Positions 34,120 to 49,752 of a DNA stretch of 64,000 nt are shown here, in pieces (position 1 is the first letter of the stretch; each line of letters starts with the position of its first letter). The position numbers and the translations under genes were made by a program. The notes under the pieces are model-generated. The model made no database searches, was not told the origin of the DNA, and saw nothing but the letters and a program-made list of their open reading frames with translations. The DNA is taken from positions 119,476,001 through 119,540,000 of the forward strand of contig NC_087437.1 in assembly GCF_036321535.1 (NCBI RefSeq), in the 5' to 3' direction. The stretch comes from Camelus dromedarius. Its lineage: Eukaryota.

Positions 34120-37100
34120 CCAAACATGTTTAGAGCAGAGGCTAACCTCCATCCCATGGGTGGGATCGGGAGGCTGGGAACCGAGTGTTTCTGGGAACTG
34201 GCCCCACAGGGAATCCCCGACCACTGCCTTCAGACGGCACAGGGCACCCCCAGCCCAGCCCGGTAGCTTACAGGCCTCCTTGGAGCTGCATGTAGATGCC
34301 ACAGGGAGGCGTCACAGTGCTTCCGGATGTCCCTGGGGCTCAGGCGTGATGACAGGAGCTGGTTCCTGTGGTTGCAAAGCTGACCTCCTGGGTGTGGAGA
34401 CATGGGGGTGGGGCTGGAGGGGTGGTTGGGCATCTGTTTTATTGTCCCCCACCTGAGAGGAGGTCTCCTGATGAGGATCGGACCCGCACGATCTGAAACC
34501 TTGTCTCCAAGCACAGACTGATGGGTGCAGAGATCCTGGGGGAGAGGGACAGCAGGGCTGTGGAGGGGACTTTGGGCAGACCCCCTTCTCTCTGCCCACG
34601 GGGACCCTCTGTGATGAGCCTCACCCCTTTGCCATGAGGCTCAGAGGAGGAATATCCTGGGTGGCCCAACACACATGGCGGCTGTGGTTCCTGTGGTTTA
34701 TCCCTGTATTTTTATGGCATACTTACCCCCAGAGGGGTCGGAACACTGAGCTGCTGCTGTGGCGTCTGACCTTCAGACAGCCTGCCTGGGAGGGCACCAC
34801 TGACCAGCCCTGCCCCGCTCGGAGACAGACTGACGGACCCTCGGGTCTCGCTCCAGAAAAGCCACCCCTTCCCAGACCGCAGCTCATTAAATGAAACCCC
34901 AGTGTGTGGCCCAGGCTGGAGTCTGAGGGCAAGCCACCTATGACTTTCTGCAGGTAGCAGGGATCGGGGGCCTAATGGCCCCCGAGGGGCTCAGACACAG
35001 GCCTGGGCGTGCCGGCAGTATGGCCAGCACGGCGCTCTGGACCGTCTGTGAGAAGCCGTCTGTGGCTCGGCCCCCGACGGTGAAGGCGGGAGGTGTTTAT
35101 AACAAACCCACGGGGGCGTCCACTCGGGCGGAGGGTGGACCTGCAGCCAGGGGTCCTTGACAGAAGCGGGGCTTGAGTCCTCCCCAGATGGAAGAGGCTT
35201 CCCACATCCTGGCAAGAAATTTTTGTTTCTCTCTCTCTCTTTTTTTCTTTTTTTAACTTGAAGACATTTCAAAATGAAAAAGAAATTAAAGGATGAGGGA
35301 TGGGGGACAAGTTAAGAGCTCTTTGGATGCCCAGTGGCATCACCACATCAGCCGTGGGAGATGCCGCCTGCACACAGGTGGCAACCGCGGCCTTCGCGGA
35401 CCAACGGGGTCTCGTCTTTTGGGGAGGGAAGGTGTGTGGTTTCTCCTCCCCACCCCCCGTCGGATATTTCATGAGACGTCAGGCTGAATGCACATTCCTG
35501 AATTGAGCTGACCGTAGTGATTCAGCGGGAGCAAGCCTGCGTGGAGGAGGGAGGGGCCAGGCCGGGGGCTGGCTGCCGGGACCCCTCAGCTGCACGGCTC
35601 GGGCTGGCGGAGGCTCCTGGCCCGGGTGCCAGAGCTGCTCTGCAGTTGGGCAGAAGTGTTTGGGATGTTGGCTCCTCTGCTGAGCCACTGTGTGGCCTCA
35701 GGAAGGTCACGCGCCCTCCCTGAGCCCTTGACTCTCCTTTGCACAGTATGGAGAGGCGCCTGGGACTCAGCCTGCCGGGGGAGGGGAGCGTGAAGAGGAA
35801 GACACAGCACAGCCGAGCGAGGACGCCCGGGGCTGGCGCTTCCTGAGGGCCGGGCTGCTCCCCGGCCTCTCCATCAAGGGCGCATTTCTACCAGTGAGAA
35901 AATCCAGGCCCCCCACCCGACCGACCTTATACCGCTGTGTCCCCAGAACCTCGTAGGTGTTGACAGATGCCGTCTCTCCCTAACGCCCTGTTAGCTGACA
36001 TAAGGAAGTGTGGACAGTTGGTCACTCTGTTTCTCCCTGATTTCCTGACGTCCATTCTGGGCAAGGATCAGCTCATCCCAGGAGCTGCTGTCTGGGCAGG
36101 GGTGGAGCAGGTGAGGGGGTGCAGGGGGTGGAGGGGGTAGCCCACCTCAGGGCAGGGTTGTGGTCACACACCTCAACATCCACTCGGTGGAAAGCATCGG
36201 GGTCTGTAGACAAGCTGGCCCCAGGCTGGCCCTGGCTCTGGGCCGAGAACCCTGGGTTTCCATCTGCTGCCCCCACGGGGCCTCTGTCCTGCCCATCAGC
36301 ACATTTGCCAGTTGGGGCAGGGGGCACTCCTGCCATCAGCCCCCCATCTTCTCGCTGCAGAATGTGTCCTCCCCGCCTCAGAGGATGCCCAGCATCCTAG
36401 CAGAGTTCCCCTCCCTGTGTTGAGGGCACTGTCGTCTCTCTCTTTGTCTGTCTGTCTGTCTCTCTCCATCTCTCTTCTCTCTGGCCTGGGTTTTGGTCTG
36501 TCTCCTGGTCTGGCCATTGAAGGACAGGACGCCCACGTCCTGCGTGCAGCTGATGCGCAGTCGGTGGCCCCGCCTCTCACGTCCCTACTGGAGGGGCAGC
36601 CCAGGGCCAGCTCCCACCCAACAAGGGCCCGCGGCCACGGAGGAGGCAGCTTCTCCTTACCCCGAGAACTGGGCTGAGCACACTTATGGCGGGAAAGTGG
36701 GGCGGGGCGGGGGCGGTGTGTCTCCGTTTCGTATTGCTATCAGGGGGCGGAACGCAAGGCTCTGCCGGGAAGGACGAGCCAATTACATAAATACAGGGCT
36801 GTACACGTGCTGGACGCCCACAGCTGGGCTCTCACAGGAGAGCCCACACTGGCTCCCAGGCCCTCGGTCCGGGGCTGCGTGTGTGCTGGCTCCCCCGTCC
36901 CAGCCCCTGGGCGTCCAGGGGAGCACAGACGGATGCCCTCCAGATGTCCATGTCCAGTGTCACTTTCCAGAGTCTTCAAACCCAAATGCATGTTTTAAAA
37001 GAGAAACAAGTTTCTGATATTAGACACACAGCCCACGTGGGTGGGCCCCACGCAGGGCCCACGCATGTGGACACATCTCGGTGGCCCTGCAGCACGTCAC

Positions 37101-38699
37101 ATGCACTCCTGGTCCCTCTGGGTCCCCCTGTGTCCCCCTGGGAGCCCCTCTGAGGCACGACTGTGAGGCAGATAACTCCCTCTGCCCAACTGCATTGGGG
37201 TAGCCCTGGAGTCCACGGTCAGACCCACAGTTCCAGTATGGGGGCTGTAAATGGCAAGACCACAGTCTGAGCCCTGGTCTGCCCACCTTTTAGCCTGAGA
37301 GGTGCAGCTTCCACCTCCGTGTCTGTCCCTGGCGTCCTGGCCATGGCGTCACAGCCAAATCTCCATCTGAGTGAACAGTGTGAGTTCCTCGGCTTCTCTT
37401 ATTACCTGCTGCCCTTTGTGAACCCCGACACCGGGGGTCACCCCAGGACTGTTGCGGTGACAGCAGCGCCCATGGCTCTGTCCAGAGTGGGGGCTGCTCA
37501 GCTTCCCAGCGCGAGGCTGCCCTCAGGCATCATGACCCAGCGCAGACTGCACTTGTCCTCCAAGTCGCCTGTGGTCACCTTGGCCACCTCTCTGCCTCCT
37601 CGGGCAGCTCCCAGCCTACAGGGGACCAGCTAGGGATCGGCCCCAAACTTTGGGAACTTTGGGAAGAACAGCCTGAAGGAAGGCTTGCTGTGGAGTAACC
37701 TCAATGCTGCCTGAACCTCCAGGAGGCCGGTAATGAGCAGACACTGGGGACCAGCTCTCCCTCAGTGATGTCACATGGGTCCCCTGGGGCGCAGAGCCCA
37801 GAGCACCTGGCGCCTGTCTGCACAACTCCGTCTCACAAGGAGCCTGCGCTGGGGCTCGACCTCACAGAGGAGGGGGGCCCCCTGTCCCCCAGCTTTTCTC
37901 CCATCTGTCCACGGAGGGGCAGACACGGTCCTTTGGGGTCCCCGTCCCCCATACTGGTCTTCAGCTCTCCTGCTGTGTGTCTGCCCCCACCTCCGCCATC
38001 ACCGACGTCCCGATGGCAGGAGTCTGACTCATCTGCGGCTCTGGGCTGCTCTCCCAGACCCCCGCCCCTCTGCTCTCTGCCCCTTTCCCACCGGGCTGAT
38101 GGTCTCAGGCCTCCCCAGGCGACGGCTCCTCCCCGTAATGAGTCAGGTGCCTTTTGCTTCCGCTCCTCTCTGCCTGGTTACAAAGTCCCAGGGGCTCCCG
38201 TCCAAACCAGGGGGCACCTGCTGACAGGCTGGGTGTTCAGGGGTCCCCATCTGTGAAAGACGAGAGGCAGCTGTGGGAAGACCCTCCCCCCGACCCAGGC
38301 TGGGACTTGAGTAAACACTCAGGTTCGGGGGTCCAGAGAGCAACTAGGGAGCGAGTCCAAGACCAGGATCTCGGTCCAGTGTACCCCAGGCCCATCAGGC
38401 CCCTTCCACCCTGCGGGGAAGACAAAATACTGCGTTTGCCCGATTCTAGCCGTTTACGGGGCTGTCCTGGGAGTCTTTCTCAGGGACTGAGGGACGTTTC
38501 TGAATTAGGAGTCTTTATCGGCGAACCCAGCTGCTTCTGTTGTATTCTTTGTGGCTCATTTCAATGGTCCACCTGAAAAAAAGTAATGTGGCTCTGTTTG
38601 GGGTGTGTAGTGTTTTTTTTTTCCTTCTACCAAGATCTCAGATGGAGATCTGACAGAAACTCCAAAGCAAGGTGATGCAACTGCAAAATGATAGACTTT

Positions 38700-38841
38700 G
38701 GTTTTGTTTTTGTTTTGTTTGGGGGGGTAGTTAGGCTTATTTATTTATTTATTCATTTATTTTTGATGGAGGTGCTGGGGACTGAACCCAGGGCCTCGTG
38801 CATGCCAAGCGCGCACTCTACCCCTGAGCTGTACCCTCCCC
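38700..38841 (-). mobile_element. tRNA-Ala-derived SINE (Vic-1-like, longer tail)
   Basis: Reverse strand GGGGAGGGTACAGCTCAGGGGTAGAG...GGGTTCAGTCCCCAGCACCTCC followed by (TAAA)n and an A-rich tail. Confidence 0.85.
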
Positions 38842-39393
38842 TGCTGAACTTTTAATTCCTAATTAATTATTAATCTGACTCATTTAATTATAAAAAAGTG
38901 AATAAATTCTATATACACAATTTATACTTACATAGATGATAAATACATAATTCATAAGCAAAATAATCAATTACTCACTTAGCTGATAAAGGCGTGCGTT
39001 TAATCATGGCGGGTGGTGCGAGCCGGGCTTAGGATCCGCTCCCACCGGCCCCGGGGGCCTGGACAAGTCACCCGGGCCCACTGGGCACCTGCGCCCTCAA
39101 CTGGCAATGGGAACGGTGTGTCCCTCGTACGTGCCCCTGGATGAGGCACGTGGAAGAGCTTTGTAAGCTCTGAAGCGGGATGTACACGTGTACTGGCAAT
39201 TATCACTAACAGAGCCCAGGAAATGAAAGGAGGAGGTAGCCAGAGGCATCAGAAGGACATGCAATGCATTTCTTGCCCAGAACTCAGCATTTTTATAAAT
39301 ACTACAGTGTGACAAACCTTGCCTTGGGCCTTGCTCTGTCGTCAGATGTCCTGTGTGTTCGCTTCTGCAGCACGGGGGTAAAATGAGACCTGA

Positions 39394-39555
<162 letters not shown>

Positions 39556-41209
39556 TGAGCAGACTCCTTGGAGAATGAGGAGAGTGAGCGAGGCCCTTGC
39601 CCAGCTGTCAGCCAGGGGCCAGCGGTATGAACGTCCACCCATCACTTCTTAAAGGGCCGGGCAGACTCCAGGGAGGCCTGAGGGGATCTTGCATTAAGAG
39701 GCTTTGGCCCCTGGGAAGGGAACAGAGCTCCAGGCGCTGGGGGCATCAGGAGGCAGTATCCGCTCGTTGCCATGGTGAGCGGATGCTGCGCTCAGGGGAG
39801 GTGGTCCAGGGGCAGCCTGGCCAGAGGCAGCCTGCCTGAGCTCAGCCCCGGCCTGGCCTCAGGGCACAGGAAGCGGTGGAGAGGTCTTGGATGGGGCAGG
39901 GGCGGCAGGAGAGCCTGAGACACATCTGAATGAAGGTCAAAGGTAAGACAGGCATCTTCAGGGGAGAAGGGGAGCCATCAGGCTGGGGCACAGACCTCAC
40001 GTGGAGGCTCTTGCTTGGGCCACGTTAGTGGCTCCAGTGTTTGGAAACCACAGCCCCTGACGTCCTGTCCAGTGCCGCTCACGTAATAATTAGAAAACAG
40101 AATCTTTCAAAGTGTTTACAAAGCGCTCTCTTAAAGCGAGTTCTCTTCAGCCCTTATGACTGCCATTTGCCAACTTTAGCAAATAGGTTTTAAAAATAAT
40201 TTCATTTGTTGGCAAAAAGAGACAAACCCCACTCCCCTTTGCACTTCTGAATTACTCCTTTGTGCTGGGAATCGGGATTTTTGAGAATCTCTCTTACGGC
40301 AGATCCCTGCCTGCTGCATTCACATCTAACGGTTAAGCCCACTTCCCAACACCCAGCATCCCACGGGAGACCCGTGAGAGCGCAGGAGCTTCTGCTCTGT
40401 GGGAGCAGCCGTCTCTCAGCGCACCCCGCACCCGCAGGTCCTGCCCGTTACCTCCGAGAGCCACGGACGGCAACCTTGTACGACTGGGCTCCGAGCCCGG
40501 CTCCCTGAGAAGGTGGTTGGTCCCAGCCCATCCCCCGGAGGAACGAAGGGACCCACCACAGGGCCCACAGTCACAGTCACCGGATGCGGCCTCACGGTCT
40601 CCGTAGACCCGCTGTGTCTCTGTTCTCTGGGGCACTGAGGAGGCAGGGTGGGACAAAGTGGGTTCTCAGCCCCCACTGCCTCCTGGGCTGAGGTGCTGCA
40701 CCCAGAGAGCATGGGCTTGGGGGTGCCCAGTGGGTCTGTGAGTGAGGCTGCAAGTGTGGCCGGCGGGGCCGGGCCCCTCCGCTTGCACAGAATGCCTGGG
40801 GTGCCCTGCCTCCACTGTGGTCAGAGAGGACAGCTTCCCATCCGCTTGGCTGAGTGGGTCCAGGGCCCAGACCTCCTCCTTTTTAAGCCGGCTGAGCCCA
40901 GGGAAGCTGCCGTGGTCCCTCCCAGTCAGCTACTGAGCCACGCCGCCCCCAGGCACCGGTTCTGACATAGCGGCTGCACTGGCCTGGCCTCTGGGGCAGC
41001 TGGGGCAGCCTCGGCTACACAGGATTGTTCAGGAGGCCCTTTTGTGAACCCCTGCAAAGCTGGGGTGTGGACGGTGGACCTCATGGCTTCACGTGGGAGC
41101 ATCCATGAGAACGGACGGTTGGTTTGGTCAGCAGGCCCCTGTCACAAAAGTGCCGTCCAGAGAGGCCTCACGCTCACCCCCCCCCCCCACGCTGGGCGTT
41201 TTCCTGTGA

Positions 41210-41635
<426 letters not shown>

Positions 41636-43827
41636 TGACCCTAGGCGTGCTGTTCGGACAGCTTCGTCCAAAGCACACCCCCAAGACCCTGGGTTCTAGA
41701 GACCCTGGACGGCTAAACTGAGGTCAGGTTTCTGAGAAGGTTGTTAACCTGACTGATATGAGTCCACCTCCAGGATAACCACAGTCCTCACCCCAGAGGC
41801 CTAGGGTGTTTCCTTCTCGTCGGTGTTCTGTGGCTTTGGGCCCAAGTTCTGGGCCGTGTGGTCTCGTCCTCTCACTCACCGGCCTGCCAGGTGGGGCTGA
41901 AACCAGTGTTTGCTGCACACTCACTGGGTCCCAGGCCCATACACACACAGCCCTGCAGTCAGCAAACATGTAATCCTGCAAAAGCACACGAGAAAGGGTG
42001 CCTCTGAGAGGTTAGCAGTTAGCCCAGGTGTCCTGTACAGTGTGGTCCAGGATGGCCCTGCCCGGCGTGCTCTCTGGAAGGACCGCGACCTGGCCAAGTG
42101 CCAGGTGGACAAGGCCCACACTGACCCTGTGTGGGCCAGGAGAGCCGCTAGAGAGCCCCCGAGCCAGCGGAGGTCAGAAGGCCAGTGGGCAGTCCTTGCC
42201 CATCATGGAACGTTTGTCCCTGGGGCGGCCTGCCCCCTGCTGTCTGCTGGTCCCTGGCATAAGACCAGCCTCCGGGCCTCTCCTGGCACACTGGGGCCTC
42301 CCCTGCCGGTCTACCTTGTTCCTGGGTGGTAGACAGGCCTTCACCTTGGGTTTCCGCCAGGAGGGGTCTCGCCCTGCGCTCCTCACTCGGGCAGGACAAG
42401 GCTTTCTCTCTGCAAGGTCGCAGGGTGGCGGCTGCCCAGGGTTTCATCCAAATTCCATGGGATCCTTAGCTCAGCAGAGAGAAGCAGGAAACATACGTGA
42501 TCTGCTCTCTAACCTGCTTTGTGGGGAAACAGAACGGCCCCAGGCTTGTTCTCCCGCGCCCACCATGGTCCTGCATGCTCTGTGTGGGGAGACCTCTCCA
42601 TGAGCACTGGGTGGCCCCCACGTGCAGTTTCTCTCACCTCCAAGCAGGTGCAGGGAACTCATGAGGAGCTTGAAAGTAGGATGTGAAGTTAGGAAACACA
42701 GGTTTATTGCTACCCTGTTGATTCCTGAATCCCTCCTTCACCGTCAGCTGGGGTGACCAGAGCTTCGCTGAGAAGAGGTGTTGAACTAAATGCTTGGCGA
42801 CTTGTTAGAGAAATGCCTCTTTGATTTTCCAACTCAGTCACCGCTTTCTTTTGCTAGATTGGTGACTCCACTCTCACCTCTATCCTCCCCCCTTGACCTG
42901 TCACCAGGCTTTGCTGTGAAATCCATTTATTTTCCAGAATTTGATTTTGATTTCAAGAGTTTCACGATACCTTGAGAAATACCGATAACCTGAGGAAATC
43001 GTACCTTTTGCCCTTCATGGCCTGTCACATGCATAGGGACGATGTTGGCCACCAGCCACTGGTCACGCATTTTCACCTGCTGCCTCTGACCCTCAAGCCC
43101 CAGGCAGGTCGAGATAGGACGCTTGGGGTCTCGCAGCTGGCAGCTGGCCCTGTCTGACTCTGGGACCCCTTGGCCCCTCTCTGTCCCCTGCATCTCAGTC
43201 TCTTGTGGAGCCTCAGAGCAACCTCACTGGCTCTCCGAGTGGGCAGGTTCTAAGCTCACCTTAGATGTGTGGATGGGGAAACCCAGGTCCTGGTTTCCCA
43301 AGGTCACAGGACTTGGCAGAGCAGAACCAAGACTGATGCTGGGCGTGGTGACGGCCACTCAGGTTTCCCTGCGTGGGGTCAGGGTCAGGGGCCCAGTGTG
43401 TGCCGGCAAGTGGGATCTCACAAAACAAAACAACAGCACTGGAGTCCTCGTATGTCCACTTGCCTGTTTCTGTGGTGCAAATACCCAACTAGGGATAATT
43501 TTGAGCTCTCAGTGGTTTAACAGTGAGATTCCTAAATGTTCACTGGTGGTCTTCAAGCCCCCGATGCCGGGGGCTCCTTATCTCTCAGCTGCCCACATCT
43601 GAGCTCGCTCGAGCACAGCAGAGAAATCTGCAGACATGATAGGACGCACCCCAGACGTTGCTGCCTCCGGGGCCCACCAGGGAGACGGGAAGCCCGGCCC
43701 TGGGAGGGCTTCCTCCGTCATCTGGCAGCTCAGCCCCTGGGGTTCCGGGCTCGCGGTGCGCGGAGCGAGTCTGCTGCACCACTGGCCCTCTGTCCTGACT
43801 CCACGCTGCTGCCCTTGCTCCCTGCAG

Positions 43828-43878
43828 GTGTCCGCACATCTGAAGCTCCAGGAGAAGGACGAAGGCAGAAGGGAGATG
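43828..43878 (+). CDS. ABCG1: ABCG1 exon 5 (51 nt): VSAHLKLQEKDEGRREM
   Basis: Acceptor ccctgcAG, donor ATG|GTGAGT. Confidence 0.96.
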
Positions 43879-46800
43879 GTGAGTGCATGGGCCACGAGTG
43901 GTCCAGAATTGCATGAAATCCACACTGCACACAGGCGTGGAGGGGCCTTTTTGGGCCGGCTTGGTTTGTGGTTTGGCGCCCGGCTGTCTGCGTTCGGGGG
44001 ACAGTGGCATCTCAGTGTGCCTTCAGGGTTGGCAGCCAGCGCCCGGGTGACCACACTGCCATAAGAGACCCAGGGGATGTTGTGCAGGACACCAGCCTGG
44101 GGGCCCAGCCTCAGGGTCAGACCCAGCGCTCTGCCTCGCTCAGTGTTTAACACCCTTTATACGCCATTGTTCTTTATAAAAAGCTCACAATGAAGATGGT
44201 TAGTCATTCATTTAAAAATAGCAAGCCTCCTCCCACACACACTCGCGAGGAGGGATTTGCTTCTCACGTGCTACTAACCAGCTTTTTAAACGTCATGTAA
44301 ACGAGTTTCTGGGATGACGAAGCCCTTCTAATCCCTCGCGTTGCTTTTTTGCTTCCCAAAAGCCCAGGGGGCAAGAGGGCATCGGGCAAGCAGCCCCAGC
44401 GGGGAGCTCCACAAAGCCCTGCGCAGCCCGGTCTATACCTACGCGCCGTCTAAGGGAAACTCAGCCTCCCTCCTCTCCGTGCTGTGGGGTCTCCAGCGTA
44501 CGGATAGAATTGGGCGGATTTCCGCTTCTATGACATCGTCTTGTCTCCCAACACCCGCAGGACCAGGTCCAGCTGCGGGAAGAGTCGGATCATGGGTTGT
44601 GCCAGGGGTGCAAATTGGCTCTCCATCTCTATGTAAAATGGAGTGAAGAGAAAACAAACACACGGAGGAAATGCTGATAGCACCTCTGTTTACCACCTTT
44701 GTTCCCTCTTGTCACACAGTTGATACCGCGTGATGTAAGCCACTCTGGAGCGCTGGGCATCTTTCAGGCCACCCCCTCCCTCGCTGTGCCTCCTCGCCCC
44801 ACCCTGCTCTTCAGAATCCTCAGGATTCAGCCTGGGAATCGGGGGCAAGGGGGGCGGGATGGGGTAACCACAAAGCCGGGGTAGGAGACCCCGATTTCTG
44901 TGAAAAGGGAAAACTCCTCCTTGCTGCTGCGAAGACATTTCATGGGGGCTCTTTGATTCTGCAGCTGAAAGGAATAAAACAGATCAATGGAACCCCAGAG
45001 ATGTGGGCAGTGACGTGGGTGTCTCCGTCCCCTGTGAAAGCAGGGGCCTGGGCTGTGACTCAGTTGTGCAGGCTGAAAGCAGAGGGCCCTCCAGCATGGC
45101 GAATCTGTTCTGAACAGTGAGCCCAGACATGCTGCGGGGGTGGGCAGCCCTGGGGGTGCGGGAAACACCGCGTGGCCGGGGACGACCGGTTTACACCTAC
45201 CACGTGGGGTGAGCGGACGAGGGAGGGCGGAGGGTCTTGCTGGCAGAGAGAGAGCCCTGTAATGGAGCAGAATTAAGCCCACGAGGGGCCCTCTTCAGGC
45301 ATGGACCCGCTGGACAAACTTGGGCCCTGGCCTCCAGCGCCCCAGGCTTCCATCTGTAACGGGGGTGGAAGGCCAGGCCCCCACCTGCTCCCCGGGAGGC
45401 ATGAAGCTGAATTATCTGATGTCTTTACGTCTGAGCTCCACGGAGCAGGTGCGATGCGTGAGTAAGTGGGCCGCGGGACGCTTCCCTGCAGCGTGGCCCG
45501 CAGGGACCAGCCTCTCCACATGAGAAGGGGAGCCGGGGGAGGGGCTTTAGCTGAAGGCCGGGAGTGTGGGCTTACATCTCAGCGGACCCCACTGATGAGC
45601 ACTGACAGCCCCCTGCGCCGGCTTTGTCTGTCAAGTCATGGCCTTCAGAGGCCAGCTTCTGGCCCCCATCTGGTATCTGGTGGAAGTCTTAGGGGAGGGT
45701 CCCCGAACCCCCTCTGCTGCTCGCACAGAAGGCGCAGGCGCGGGATGGCCCTCTTGGTAGGGAACGGCGGTGTCTCTGGGGAGGGCCCGCCGTGTACTTG
45801 TCCTCCACGTGTCTGGTGAAGACTCTGACGGGAAGAGGACCTCATGCTGTTCTCAGCTGGGTTCACAAGAGCAAAAGCATCTCATCCGGATGGGTCTTCT
45901 CTGCCGCCGTGTGGCTGAGCCGTCCCAGAGAGTGGGAGACCGCCTCTCTGCAGACTGGTCTGCTGCTGGGTTGAACGAGGCAAAGAGCATCCCTGCAGAG
46001 TGCACAGGTGCCCGTGGTCCTGCACACGCTCCTCACAGGACACCCCCAGCTCGGTGAGGCCAGCCCATCCTCCTGGTCCCCGCCCAGAACCCACGGCAGA
46101 ACTGTGTGTTTGTTCCCAGGAGAGGACAGCGGCCGAGGGCACGTCCTGACTCACTTCTCTCAGCCACAGCGTGTACCTAGGTCCTGGCTGTTTACATCTC
46201 AAGGAAACACAATAGGATGGAATGTTCCAGCAGGTAGTGGAATACTGCCACGGCTTTTCTCATTTCCCAGAAAAGGAGCCTCAGCCCTCCAGAGCCCCCA
46301 GCGAGGGGGCTTTCTCAGGAACGAGGCCTCCCAGGGCCAGGACACTGTCCTTTCTGTTTAGTTTTAAAACAAAACCAGTCTGTGGAGCATCACTCTGGAG
46401 AGAACCCTGGACGAGAGGCCTGCACGGAGCAGACAGGAGACCTTGACTCTGGCCTCAGCCTCCAGGTCCTCTCGGTGGGGCTGAGGGCAGGTGGGGGCGA
46501 AGACCGGCTCGGCCACAAGGAAAGGGCCCTGAGGTCAGAGAGGTGGAGGGGAAGGGGTGTGTGCCCTGGCTGTGAGCCCCCAGAGCGAGCCTGGAATGAC
46601 CAGAGGGAGTCTTTGTCCTGTGCCTTCAGCCTGGGTCCCCGGAGGCCCCTGGAGCCATGGCGTCCTGGGAAGGCCAACGGATGCCGTCTACACCAGGCAA
46701 AGTGTGCGGAAACATGGTCTTTTCCCGGTGACCTCGCTGACCTCCCTTTGGGTTGGTGTCCCTCAGAGACAGTGCATTCTAGAAGCAGCTGTGGAGCTGG

Positions 46801-47693
46801 GTTTGGGGGTCAGCAAGGGAGAGGCAGACTGGGATTCGAACCTGAGTCTGCTCCACCCGTGAAGCAGCAGGGCCCTGGCTCTTCCTGTCACCAAAGTCAC
46901 TTTCTGCCCTGACCCTGCATGAGTGATTTAAGAGCCACAGTGGAAATTTTCTTCCTTGTGATTTTCTTCTCCTTTGGGATGGGATGACCTCATCTTCCCA
47001 GAGAAACCGCTGGGCTGGGGCCCGCCCGCTGCTGCCACCAGGCGCCGAGATGATGGCCGAGTGAATTCTGGCAGGACCTCCCAGGCGGGCTGCCCCCGGG
47101 GAGGTGAACCTGGCGTGGAGGCAGGAGGGGTGGCAGCTGGCCTCCGCCTTCCTGCCGCTGCCTTCAGGAAGGCGCCTGAATGGACTCTGGACACTGAACA
47201 CGGCAGCTGAAACCAGCGCCACAGCCTGCCCTGAAGCCTTCTGACCTTCCTGCTCCCGAGTCAGTGCTGGATCGACAGGCTCCGCGCACAGGGGCTATTT
47301 ATGTCTCCGTGACCAGCCTGCTCCCAGGCATCAGCAGGGCCGCTGAGGGCAGTGGTGACTCCTTTGAGCAGTTTCACTGTCTTGGCTGCCACATCAGAGA
47401 CCTTCTCGTCCCATTTACAAGTGCAAGAGGGGCTTCCGTCCTTCTTTCTGAGACGCCTGGCCAGTGTGGCTGTGTCTCCAAGAGCTGTGTGTCATGAAGA
47501 GCTGCCGTCGAGTGAATGCTTACTGAGTGCCGAGCACTTTACCCGTTACCTCATTAAAGCATCTGGGTGGACCCCGCTTTGCGCTGGTCAGAAACGGATC
47601 ACCCGTCCGGCTGCGTATCCACCGATCGGCCCACTCTACTCTATTTATCCAGCACTTTCCCTTCCCTGGGCCCCGAGTGGGGCTTACAGGTGA

Positions 47694-48490
<797 letters not shown>

Positions 48491-48984
48491 TAGTTCCCCA
48501 GGGGTGCCTTCAGTTTTTAGTGGCCTTAAGTGTTACATTTCATAAGGCTTTGGAGCCTTAAGTAGCTCAGGTGGCAGGACGGGGTGGGGGTGGGTAGAGC
48601 TGGTCAGCGTTCTCTGTCCGGGGCTGGCGTCCGGACGTCACTGACATCACTGAGGCTTCACTCCCCAGCCCCTGGTCACAGTGGGGAACACCTGGCTTAC
48701 AGAATTAAGCAGCAGCTTGTGATATTTGTACCACACCGTCTCTTTCAGAAATCTTAGGTGTTGGTATTATCATGAGCAAAAAGCAAAAAAAGTCCCAAGG
48801 GAAGAAATGTGTGTAGTTCCAAAATCTTCCCTAAGCAGGTGGTTAACATGAAAGGAAAAAAAGCAACACAACACAATAATTTCAGGTCATACGATAGCCT
48901 CTGTCTTCCCTGACTTACCGTGGGTTTCTCTTTGAACAATGAGTCCTTGCGGAGTAACAGAAAGCTCTCCTGAGAGAGAAACTG

Positions 48985-49105
48985 ATGGATTGATGGGTGG
49001 ATGGATGGGTGGGTGGACAAACAGATGATTGGATGGATAGATGGGTGGGTGGGTGGATGGGTGGATGAATAGTTGGATGGATAGTTGGGTGGGTGGATGG
49101 GTGCA
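48985..49105. repeat. (GGAT/GGGT)n tetranucleotide repeat upstream of exon 8
   Basis: Seen directly. Confidence 0.85.
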
Positions 49106-49149
49106 TGGTTTGAGAGTTCCTCTTTCCTTACAGAGGAAAGCAGAGTTGA

Positions 49150-49296
<147 letters not shown>

Positions 49297-49631
49297 TAGA
49301 GCCTTGACCAGCTGGAAGGGAAAAAAAGCGGGTCTCTTCCATTCTTGGTGGGCTTCTGCTATTACCTGAAGCCCCCAAATCAAGAATTGAATATTCTTAC
49401 ATATTCTGCAGATGGCTCACACGCCACCATGTGGTGGAACTCTTAAGAACAGATAAAGAGAGGTCTTTCCCGCAGATGAAAATATCTGGGGACGACAAGG
49501 GATCTGTTGTTGGGAGAAATATTTCCTCATGCTTGACTGTGTTATGCTTCTGGTTTGAAGGAAGTTATTTCCAAAAAGAAATAACCTTAAAAAAAACAAA
49601 CCTTTTGCACTGATGAACACAGATGTTAAGT

Positions 49632-49708
49632 GGGGAGGGTATAGCTCAAGTGGAAGAGCGCACGCTTAGCACACCTGAGGTCCTGGGTTCAGTCCCCAGT
49701 ACCTCCTC

Positions 49709-49752
<44 letters not shown>

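Noticed and set aside
33682..34123. ORFs on the - strand (33682..33990, 33866..34123)
   Set aside because: Antisense translations of decayed L1 ORF2 sequence.
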